Part shown: one piece after another, positions 25,510-32,000 of the stretch
Numbering within the stretch: the stretch's first letter is position 1
Layout: each line of letters starts with the position of its first letter
NCBI RefSeq assembly: GCF_000446015.1
Contig: NC_022093.1
Location: 1,500,001-1,532,000 of the forward strand
From: Thermofilum adornatum
Lineage (GTDB): Archaea > Thermoproteota > Thermoprotei > Thermofilales > Thermofilaceae
Direction: 5' to 3'
Length of the DNA: 32,000 nt
The notes under the pieces: model-generated
What the model was told of the DNA's origin: nothing
Databases searched by the model: none
The model's input: only the letters and a program-made list of their open reading frames with translations
Position numbers and translations under genes: made by a program

Positions 25510-26015
25510 TTCTCACCACCATACATTGTCTCGTAGAGCCTTTGTGCTACGGCCTCGGGCAGGGTAGAGTATATCTTGAAGGATACGCTCCGGTAGGGCA
25601 CGACCCTCAGGGCCCCGTAGCCCGCTTCTTGGCAAGCCTTTACGCATTCTGGCTCGCCCCCGCAGAGGTCGCATACAAGTGCCTTTCTCGTCTTCGGGTG
25701 TAGCCTCATGACCTTTCCCGGGCATGCACGTACACAATCTCCACAGCCCGTGCATTTCTCCTCGTCGACTAGCACTGCCCCAGTAGAGTCGTCTACCCTC
25801 AGGGCTGAGTACTTGCATGCCTTCACGCATGGATAGTCCCTGCACTGTGTGCAGAGGTGTGGGACGTCTACTCCTGGGAAGAACTCGAATACCCTTATTC
25901 TGCTTGCCTCTGGCCAGACTGTTCCCTCGTGTTTTAGGCTACATGCAACTTCGCAGAGCCTGCAGCCTGAGCATTTTAGTGGGTCACGTAGAATAAAGAT
26001 AGGTTGCCTTGACAC
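25506..26015 (-). CDS. Four-cluster [4Fe-4S] ferredoxin-like electron-transfer subunit, co-transcribed with AOR
   Basis: 16 Cys in four motifs: CSGCRLCEVAC, CTQCRDYPCVKAC, CTGCGDCVRACP and CDLCGGEPECVKAC. No signal peptide. GTG start at 26015. Confidence 0.85.
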   Translation of the reverse strand: MSRQPIFILRDPLKCSGCRLCEVACSLKHEGTVWPEASRIRVFEFFPGVDVPHLCTQCRDYPCVKACKYSALRVDDSTGAVLVDEEKCTGCGDCVRACPGKVMRLHPKTRKALVCDLCGGEPECVKACQEAGYGALRVVPYRSVSFKIYSTLPEAVAQRLYETMYGGEK

Positions 26016-26037
26016 GTTTTCTGGTTACGCATAGCTC

Positions 26038-26046
26038 ATATTAAAA
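26038..26046 (-). promoter_or_regulatory. TATA box (minus strand TTTTAATAT) of the ferredoxin/AOR operon
   Basis: It is centred about 27 nt upstream of the GTG at 26015, which implies a leaderless transcript. Confidence 0.5.
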
Positions 26047-26093
26047 CTGTTTGCTACATGTTTGGGGAAGTGATTGAATTTTTTCGCGGGTTT

Positions 26094-26727
26094 TTATTTG
26101 CCGAGCACCTGTAAAAATGTGTTTTTGACCTCTGAGATGCTGGGCAGTGAGCCAATGATTAACGGTTCCATCTCTGCTCTCCAGCTGTCTTCTATCTGTG
26201 TGACTGCTGAGAAGAATTCTTCTGTGCTAAAACTGAGGTTGTAGAACTGTAGCTTTGCTTCAAGTAGCCCCAAGTCTATGCTGATGCCTCTGTGTATGAG
26301 GAACCATGCGTCGTAGAGGTCTCGTGGGCTTTTCCTCACGTAGAAGGCCCTCAACTTTTCTGCCAGTGCCTCTTTTAGGTCTAGGCCCCAAAGGTATACA
26401 ATGGGTATGCCATATAGGGGCTCGTCCAGCCTGACACTTATAGGTTTTAGCAATGGTTTTTCCCTATGCTGATATCTAGGCGTACATAGCTGGTGTCTTT
26501 TTCTGTCCTGTAGAGCGGCCCCTTGACAGCTACACGTATAGTCAATGTGTATATGTCATCTTTTAGTACCTCCGCTGTGCTTTCGGCTCCGAATAGCCTT
26601 AGAGCTTCAGGTATCTCTCTTGCTTTGTTTGTGGAAATATTAGTGCTTGGAGGTACCTTTTCTCCTCCTGCCAAGGCTCCAGCTTTCTCAGCCTGGCTAT
26701 CTTTATTATTTCTTCTCCACGTAGCAT
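26094..26727 (-). pseudogene. AbiEii/DUF1814 nucleotidyltransferase toxin gene, broken into three frames
   Basis: Piece 1 (26727-26599, 42 aa, not in the ORF track) reads MLRGEEIIKIARLRKLEPWQEEKRYLQALIF.... Piece 2 (26674-26447) reads ...VKGPLYRTEKDTSYVRLDISIG.... Piece 3 (26453-26094) reads ...LKEALAEKLRAFYVRKSPRDLYDAWFLI..., the typical AbiEii C-terminus. The pieces lie in three different frames, and no intact GGTaL/GS-x-D NTase motif is visible. Confidence 0.6.
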
Positions 26728-27205
26728 TTTATCCACCTCGCCACTCTCTTGGTGCGGTAGCTCCGAAGGCCAAGGAATGCCTCCGAGATTTTGAGGATTT
26801 TCTCTTTGTCAAGCTGGTTCAAAACGCTGGGGTCTGGGCTCCCACCGAAATACACAGTGTCTAGCACAGCTTTTTCGGGAGTAGCGACGAACACGTAGCT
26901 ATTAGCCCTAGCTAGGCGCTCGTAACCGAAAAAGAGTTTCCCACTTATTTTCCTGTACCTTATACCGAGCTCACGTAGCCAGGCTGGACGCTTAGTAGTC
27001 ACTGCTTCCACTGTGCTTGAGACCTGGTCTATGAGGCCTCTTAGGTAGAGGGCCGAGTGCATTGACACGTATGACGGCTCTATGAGCTGTGAGGCAATGA
27101 TGAATGTGTCATGCGTAAACGCTATGGATCCTTTGCTAGTTGCCTTATGCTGTAAACTAGCCTGCCGCTGGACAGGGCATGGTCGCGTATCTCGTATATC
27201 TTCAT
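26706..27205 (-). pseudogene. AbiEi-type antitoxin/transcriptional regulator gene with an N-terminal frameshift
   Basis: ATG 27205 gives MKIYEIRDHALSSGRLVYSIRQLAKDP*, stopping at 27124-27122. The adjacent frame continues SIAFTHDTFIIASQLIEPSYVSMHSALYLRGLIDQV..., the AbiEi core motif psYiS--sAL--hGL. The ORF track reports only the 120-aa C-terminal part starting at GTG 27068. Confidence 0.55.
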
Positions 27206-27216
27206 TGTTTTATCGT

Positions 27217-27234
27217 GGTAACAGTTTTGTTACC
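27217..27234. promoter_or_regulatory. Inverted repeat GGTAACA-GTTT-TGTTACC between the TATA box and the AbiEi start (candidate autoregulatory operator)
   Basis: Perfect 7-bp arms with a 4-nt spacer. It lies between the TATA-like element (minus TTTATATG, 27253-27260) and ATG 27205, over the expected transcription start. Confidence 0.45.
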
Positions 27235-27322
27235 TGGATAAAACTTTTCACCCATATAAAAGCCTTAGTAGCGATAAAGGGGGTTTAACAGTTATATAGC
27301 AAGCATTTACCAACAAGTCTCA

Positions 27323-28001
27323 ATGATAGTGGAGCGGGAGATACTTTGTTTCCAGGGGGGGCAAAACAGAGAGGTGCAGAGACAAGATTGCAGTTGAGGA
27401 GGAATACGAGCTTTATATAAATGGGTCCAGGCAGGCTTCGTACATGTGTTCTCCAAATAATATAGAGGAGCTGGCCTACGGCTTCCTAGCAGAGCGGAGC
27501 TCAAAGCCTAAGTCTCCTACACAAATAAGGATTGAGAATGGAAAGATAAAGGTGGATGAAGAGCTGGTTGAGGCGGTCTTCACGAGGAGGGAAGCCAGGT
27601 TCCCTGTCGAAAAGATAATTTCTGCTGTCGAGGCTTTGTACACTAGGGGTTCGGCTTTTCGGGAAACGGGGGCTTTTCACTGTGCGCTTTGCTTTATGCC
27701 AAGCGGCGAAGTATTGTTCCATGTTGAGGACGTTAGCAGGCACTGTGCCGTGGACAAGTGTATAGGGTTCCTGGCAAAGTCAAATATTGAACCCTCAGCT
27801 GTGGGATTTGCCGTGTCCTGTAGGCTCACAAAGAGCATCGTCGAGAAGCTTGCCTCGGTGGGGGTAAGGCTTGTAGCATCAAAGGCGGCTCCCACCCTTC
27901 AGGGAATACAGGTCGCCGAGCAGAACGGTATAACTCTGATAGGCTTCGCTAGGAATAATAGGTTCAACATTTATACGCATCCAGAAAGAATAATTTTTTG
28001 A
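27323..28001 (+). pseudogene. fdhD: FdhD-like sulfurtransferase gene interrupted by a +1 frameshift in a G7 tract
   Basis: The C-terminal part reads FRETGAFHCA...VEDVSRHCAVDKCIG...LVASKAAPTLQGIQVAEQNGITLIGFARNNRFNIYTHPERI, which is the FdhD pattern (TGG-HAA, EDvGRHNAvDK, SAPT, TLvGF-R). The frame is open upstream to 27330 (..KTERCRDKIAVEEEYELYINGSRQASY..) with no start. ATG 27323 in another frame reads MIVEREILCFQGG up to the G7 run (27355-27361). Six Gs would fuse the two frames. Confidence 0.65.
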
Positions 28002-28032
28002 CCAAGAGAGGGAGCCCAACTATAACTTGTTT

Positions 28033-28438
28033 CTACCCAGTTTCATGGCTAGAGAGCTCCACTTCTCTTAGAAGGAGCCTAATAGCCCCGTGTAGTACCT
28101 GGAGCTCTTTCTCGCCTAGACCCGTATCCTGTATCTCTGCAAACCTGTGACCACAGTTCTTACAGACATAGACCCTTACAGAGCTTCCAGGGGCAACATA
28201 GACCTCGAAGTTGCCGCGTCCCTGCCTCCCACAGCTTGGACAAGTATATGGCTCGATATCTTTTTCGTGGCCACATATGCATCTGGCTTTTGTCTCCCTA
28301 GAAATATACGTGAGTTCGGGCTTTTCGCGAACAAGAATAAGTGTCGGCTTCTGGCATAAGTTGTGCCTCGCGGTTCAATGCTTCTCGAAGTCCGTGCAAC
28401 TGCTTTTCTATAATATCTTTTGGTTGTAGCATAGGCAT
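28033..28438 (-). pseudogene. Zinc-ribbon protein gene with an apparent frameshift
   Basis: ATG 28438 opens a 46-codon frame (MPMLQPKDIIEKQLHGLREALNREAQLMPEA...) that stops at 28300-28298. An overlapping frame is open for about 118 codons with no start codon. It encodes CICGH-x8-CPSCG and VCKNCGH and ends at 28035-28033. The minus strand is missed by the ORF track. Confidence 0.45.
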
Positions 28439-28603
28439 TAATGATAATAATGATGAATCTTAAATATCATTTATGTACATGTATTTTAATTAATTGTATT
28501 AAAAGCCGATATTTTCCATTGAAAATAACGACGTCCTGCATTAAAAAATTTTTAAAGCCAAAAGTGTTAAATACAGGTAAAATAAAAATATATTGATAGA
28601 AAT

Positions 28604-29056
28604 ATGCAACCCGGAGCACAGATAGCTTTTACTCCTCCTCCGCCGCCGCGTCAAAGACCAACTGGAATAACTGTCCTTGCCCTACTCAACTTTATTGGTG
28701 GAGGACTAGCAATCCTATTAGGGATAGTTTTCATTGCTGCCGGACCTATAATGGCACAAATCGCATCGGGCCTGCCACCAATATTTTCTGTTTTAGTTGG
28801 TGCCCTAGGAATAGGCTTCCTCATCGCTGGTTTGATAGGGCTCGTGGTTGGCTGGGGGCTTTGGACGGGCAAGGGATGGGCATGGTGGCTAACAGTGATC
28901 CTTGAAGCGTTGGGGCTTCTAAGCGGATTGGCTGGAACAGCCAGGGGAGACCCCACGTCGCTTATCGGATTGTTGATCGCTGCCTTGATACTTTGGTACA
29001 TGTTTAAGCCGCACGTGAAGGACTTCTTCGGGGTCAAGGTTTCCTTCAGTACCTAA
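28604..29056 (+). CDS. Small four-TM membrane protein with Pro-rich N-terminus, paralog of 20751-21146
   Basis: 150 aa. N-terminus FTPPPPPRQRPTG. It shares the GxGWAWWLT-x-I-x-EA ... GD ... FGV C-terminal architecture with the 131-aa protein. Confidence 0.65.
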   Translation: MQPGAQIAFTPPPPPRQRPTGITVLALLNFIGGGLAILLGIVFIAAGPIMAQIASGLPPIFSVLVGALGIGFLIAGLIGLVVGWGLWTGKGWAWWLTVILEALGLLSGLAGTARGDPTSLIGLLIAALILWYMFKPHVKDFFGVKVSFST

Positions 29057-29061
29057 AACAA

Positions 29062-29081
29062 TTTTTTTTCTTTCACTTTTT
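29062..29081 (+). terminator. Oligo-T archaeal terminator candidate
   Basis: T8 followed by TTTCACTTTTT begins 6 nt after the stop at 29056. Confidence 0.5.
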
Positions 29082-29117
29082 ACACGTTAATTTAATTTCT
29101 ATGCTTATCATTGACTC

Positions 29118-29477
29118 TTGGGGCTCATATTGTCATATGAATACAGGCTGAGTGTGCCTTCAGAGCCCGTAGACATAAAGGCAAAGATAAAGACTCTTCG
29201 CTCCGCGCTGGGCCCGGGCGAGGAAGGAGACAATCTAGCCGTGTGGACGGGGAACATATTGGCAAGGTATCTTTGGAGCCACTGGGGCGAGACGCTTAGG
29301 CACGAGGGTGTGTCTTGGCAGATGTTTATGTCTATGCTTAAGGAGGCTACCGGTTTTATAGTTCAATGGGCTTTACGGGACGCTATAGCGTGGGACGAGC
29401 TCATCAGGAGAATAATTGAGACGCTGGAGAGAAAGAAGAAAAGCGACATCACTAGGTTTCTTGCTGGCCTTTCTTGA
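29118..29477 (+). CDS. Hypothetical protein
   Basis: 119-aa ORF with only a TTG (or internal GTG) start and no recognisable motif. Its 3' end overlaps the convergent ABC ATPase gene by 26 nt. Its coding status is uncertain. Confidence 0.35.
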   Translation: MGLILSYEYRLSVPSEPVDIKAKIKTLRSALGPGEEGDNLAVWTGNILARYLWSHWGETLRHEGVSWQMFMSMLKEATGFIVQWALRDAIAWDELIRRIIETLERKKKSDITRFLAGLS

Positions 29478-30195
29478 CAAAGCTGGCTATGAGCTCGCTG
29501 TACTTTTCAGGAGTATAGATGCCCAAGAGTTTCCCACTATACATCCGGGCAACTCTGTCACAGTTCCATATAAGCTCGAGGTTGTGGGTAACCATTATTA
29601 TTGTCATTCCTAGCTCTCGGTTAAGCCTCTTGAAGAGATCCATAACTATTTGGCTGTTCGCCGCGTCGAGGTTCCCTGTCGGCTCGTCCGCTAGCAAAAC
29701 CCTTGGGCTACCAACGATGGCTCTAGCAATTGCTACTCTTTGTTGTTCTCCACCGCTTAGCTGTGTTGGGTACTTGTATGCAAGCATCTCTATCCCGACT
29801 GTCCTCAGCGCTTCCAGGGCTAGCCTCCTCCTCTCGGCCTTAGGCATACCGCGCTTCACTAGTGGTAGCTCTACATTTTCGAGGACGTTCAGCCTAGGTA
29901 TAAGGTAGAAAAGCTGGAATACGAAGCCAACAGTCTTGTTCCTGTACCTGCTCAGCTCAGAGTCGCTCCTTATTGCCGTCAGCTCTGTACCGTCGACATA
30001 TATCTTGCCCCTCGTGGGCCTGTCTAGGCCCCCAATCAAGTGCAACATAGTTGTCTTCCCGCTACCGCTTGGACCAACTATTGCGAAGAACTCGCCCTTC
30101 CTGACTGTCAGCGAGACTCCTCCCAGCGCTATTGTCTCGCTAGGTGGTTTACCGTAGATCTTCCAGACTTCCTCGAGCCTGATAATTTCACTCAT
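29452..30195 (-). CDS. ABC transporter ATP-binding protein, MacB/LolD-type (COG1136)
   Basis: Walker A GPSGSGKTT, Q-loop, signature LSGGEQQRVAIARA, Walker B LLADEPTGNLD and H-loop VTHN. It overlaps the permease gene by 8 nt. Confidence 0.92.
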   Translation of the reverse strand: MSEIIRLEEVWKIYGKPPSETIALGGVSLTVRKGEFFAIVGPSGSGKTTMLHLIGGLDRPTRGKIYVDGTELTAIRSDSELSRYRNKTVGFVFQLFYLIPRLNVLENVELPLVKRGMPKAERRRLALEALRTVGIEMLAYKYPTQLSGGEQQRVAIARAIVGSPRVLLADEPTGNLDAANSQIVMDLFKRLNRELGMTIIMVTHNLELIWNCDRVARMYSGKLLGIYTPEKYSELIASFVKKGQQET

Positions 30196-31369
30196 ACCTC
30201 AACGCCTCTACAGGGTTCAGCGAAGCGCCCCTCCTTGCAGGTATGAATGCCGCCAAAACATTTGAAGCAAGTGGTAGAAGGGCGGCCAGCAGAATGGTGT
30301 TCAGAGACAAGACGGGGGAAATTACTATTCCGAATGCAGAGACCTTCATGAAGTTGGAAGCCATATAGGCAAGGGAAAGGCCGATGAACACGCCTATCGA
30401 GGAGACGATTGCAGTCTCTAGAAGGAAAATTATCAAGATGTCTCTGCTTGTATATCCAAGCGCCTTGAGGATGCCTATTTCCTTTGTCCTCTGGGTCACG
30501 CTTATCGTCGTGCTGTCAAAGATCCAGAGCGCCGTCACGCCCATCCCAACCGCAGATATAATTGCAACAAATGCTTGTAGCGCGCCTACAAGCATGGTAA
30601 ACTGTTTCACCATGGCCGCGGCAGAGATGATTCTTGCACCTGGCGGAGCCAGAGCCCTAATGTTCTCGGTGATCGCGTCTAGCCTGTTGAGGTCATCTAC
30701 TAGGACTATGGCTACTGGATAGTTCCTCGTTTTACCTATAAACGTGAAGTAAGCGTCGGGGTCCATGTAGATTGTTGCTGTCTGGAACTCGTGCCCCATA
30801 GACATGGAGGAGCTTGTCTGTTCAAGGAGGCCTGTGACAAACAGCTGGATCGTTTTTCCGCTAACCCTCACTGTAAGAGTCGACCCGACATCAAGTAGCT
30901 TCCTGCCGGTTCCCGGGTCCATCCAAAGGTTATATGAGGCTAAGACCCCCAGCCCTTTTGGAAAGGATTCGCCCTCAGCTACAGCTTTCCTCATGTCTGA
31001 CACGCCGAGGTATCTCGGCAAGAAGTCTGGATCTACAGCTACTATGCTTACTTGTTGCTCCCCTTTCTCGGTATAAACAGTTCCAGAAGCCATGAGGATG
31101 CCATGTGCGTTCCTAACGCCAGGTATGCTTTTGAAGTAGGCTATGTCTGCATCTGTTAACCCGGTTGGTCCACCTATAACAAATACACTATCTGCCGCTA
31201 TGGTTGACTGTAGCTGCTCGACAAATGCTTTCTGGAAGCTTTCCCCAACCCCTAGAGCGAGGCTTAGGGCAAGAACGGCTATAAGTACTCCGAGAACGGC
31301 TCCTACGGCTCTTCCCTTCTTTTCCTTGATGCTTGTATAGGAAATATAGAAATAGTCAGACAGGTTCAT
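30188..31369 (-). CDS. ABC transporter permease, FtsX/MacB-type (COG0577)
   Basis: An N-terminal TM helix is followed by a large extracytoplasmic domain and then a C-terminal FtsX module (RTKEIGILKALGYTSRDILIIFLLE with 3 TM helices). Confidence 0.88.
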   Translation of the reverse strand: MNLSDYFYISYTSIKEKKGRAVGAVLGVLIAVLALSLALGVGESFQKAFVEQLQSTIAADSVFVIGGPTGLTDADIAYFKSIPGVRNAHGILMASGTVYTEKGEQQVSIVAVDPDFLPRYLGVSDMRKAVAEGESFPKGLGVLASYNLWMDPGTGRKLLDVGSTLTVRVSGKTIQLFVTGLLEQTSSSMSMGHEFQTATIYMDPDAYFTFIGKTRNYPVAIVLVDDLNRLDAITENIRALAPPGARIISAAAMVKQFTMLVGALQAFVAIISAVGMGVTALWIFDSTTISVTQRTKEIGILKALGYTSRDILIIFLLETAIVSSIGVFIGLSLAYMASNFMKVSAFGIVISPVLSLNTILLAALLPLASNVLAAFIPARRGASLNPVEALRYE

Positions 31370-31379
31370 TAGCTAACCC

Positions 31380-32000
31380 CTACTTTTTAGCCCTTCTCCT
31401 ATATGCGGCAAATGCAACCGCTACAATGATTATTAGTGTAAGGGCTATGAGTAAAGAATTGTCTCTGAAATTGGAGGCTTGCTGAGTAGAGCTACTTGTT
31501 GTAGCCGGGGAGACATTTATTAAGACTGTTCTTTCGGTGTTCATGACTCTGCCATAGGCATCCCTGTATGTTACAATGAATTTTACCTCCTGGACTCCTT
31601 CCAGTGTAGCCTTGAAGCTGAATGGTAGAGACGTTAAGACCTGTGGATTGAGCTGTCCCAGATACGTGTAGGTTGACCTTAGAGGTGCTAGTCCCTGAGA
31701 TGCCGTTGCAGAAACGTTTACTCCGTATACTGGGAAAGAGCCGTCGTTTATGAGTCCCACTGCGACAATGACGTTTCCCCCTACCTGCGGGCTCTGTGGC
31801 ACAATGTCTGTCGAAGTTATTGTTACCCTAGAGGTTTGTGCAATATAGAAGGAGAATGTTCCAGCCGTATTTACGACTCCGCCGCCTTCAACAGTGTATA
31901 GGGCCTGGTACGAGACAGTCTCGCTGCTTGAGGCCGTCGTTGGGACAGACACGGAAATCGGTATTGTTTTTACTTCTCCTGGCCGGAGATCACCGATGCT
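31380..32000 (-). CDS. Cell-surface beta-sandwich repeat protein (COG1361/CARDB-like), C-terminal part with TM anchor; gene runs off the right edge
   Basis: The frame stays open upstream of the tracked Met to position 32000 (..GDLRPGEVKTIPISVSVPTT..). Patterns such as GNVIVAVGLINDGSFPVYGVNVS and VKFIVTYRDAYGR are typical of archaeal S-layer-domain proteins. The C-terminus is LLIALTLIIIVAVAFAAYRRRAKK. Confidence 0.6.
   Translation of the reverse strand, partial: SIGDLRPGEVKTIPISVSVPTTASSSETVSYQALYTVEGGGVVNTAGTFSFYIAQTSRVTITSTDIVPQSPQVGGNVIVAVGLINDGSFPVYGVNVSATASQGLAPLRSTYTYLGQLNPQVLTSLPFSFKATLEGVQEVKFIVTYRDAYGRVMNTERTVLINVSPATTSSSTQQASNFRDNSLLIALTLIIIVAVAFAAYRRRAKK

Noticed and set aside
23929-25703. 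There are many long ORFs in alternative frames and on the opposite strand across the AOR/ferredoxin genes (for example 24038-24433, 24704-25090, 25106-25357 and 25513-25845), with Arg/Gly/Pro-rich translations.
   Set aside because: They lie entirely within well-supported genes and have low-complexity basic composition and no motifs. They appear only where GC is elevated. This is the expected stop-codon depletion artefact, not overlapping genes.
1-32000. I looked for CRISPR arrays, tandem repeats, IS elements or transposases, integrases and rRNA/tRNA genes.
   Set aside because: Reading through all intergenic regions, I found no regularly spaced direct repeats, no transposase- or integrase-like ORF, and no structured RNA signatures. 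The AT-rich intergenic tracts contain only short local palindromes.

Overview
This is an archaeal chromosomal window of about 40 genes, roughly 90% coding. It looks like a thermophilic Thermoproteota/Crenarchaeota-type genome. First genes of operons sit about 26-35 nt downstream of TTTATATA-type TATA boxes (leaderless or short-leader). Operon-internal genes carry GGAGGTGA-like Shine-Dalgarno sequences and ATGA/TAATG overlaps. I cannot name the species from sequence alone.

Gene content, left to right:
- A MoxR AAA+ / ABC ATPase / permease / small membrane protein operon, divergent from a PRC-barrel-like protein plus DUF58.
- A SAM methyltransferase, a membrane protein with a split PH-like domain and a zinc ribbon, a COG3375-type GNAT, and a secreted subtilase.
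- An RHH protein followed by a decayed retropepsin-like gene.
- A long minus-strand cluster: a TAT-exported Mo/W-bisPGD oxidoreductase with PsrABC-like subunits, a TorD-like chaperone, a corrinoid protein, and a non-pyrrolysine MttB-family methyltransferase.
- A DUF438/hemerythrin/PAS protein plus a small HTH protein, divergent from that cluster. Their promoter carries two related 16-bp palindromes.
- A frameshifted AbrB-like gene, a CehA/McbA PHP hydrolase, an alpha/beta hydrolase, and a polyprenol-kinase-like membrane protein.
- A GC-richer block: DUF523, a tungsten-type aldehyde:ferredoxin oxidoreductase, and a four-cluster ferredoxin.
- A decayed islet: AbiEii and AbiEi remnants, an fdhD-like gene broken at a G7 tract, and a frameshifted zinc-ribbon gene.
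- Two paralogous small membrane proteins, and a MacB-type ABC exporter with a COG1361-like surface protein.

I found no rRNA, tRNA, CRISPR array or transposase.

The most interesting candidates are the sensor/regulator module with its paired operators, the molybdoenzyme plus corrinoid-methyltransferase juxtaposition, and the MoxR-ABC / PRC-DUF58 module. All family calls come from motif recognition by eye, not from database searches.
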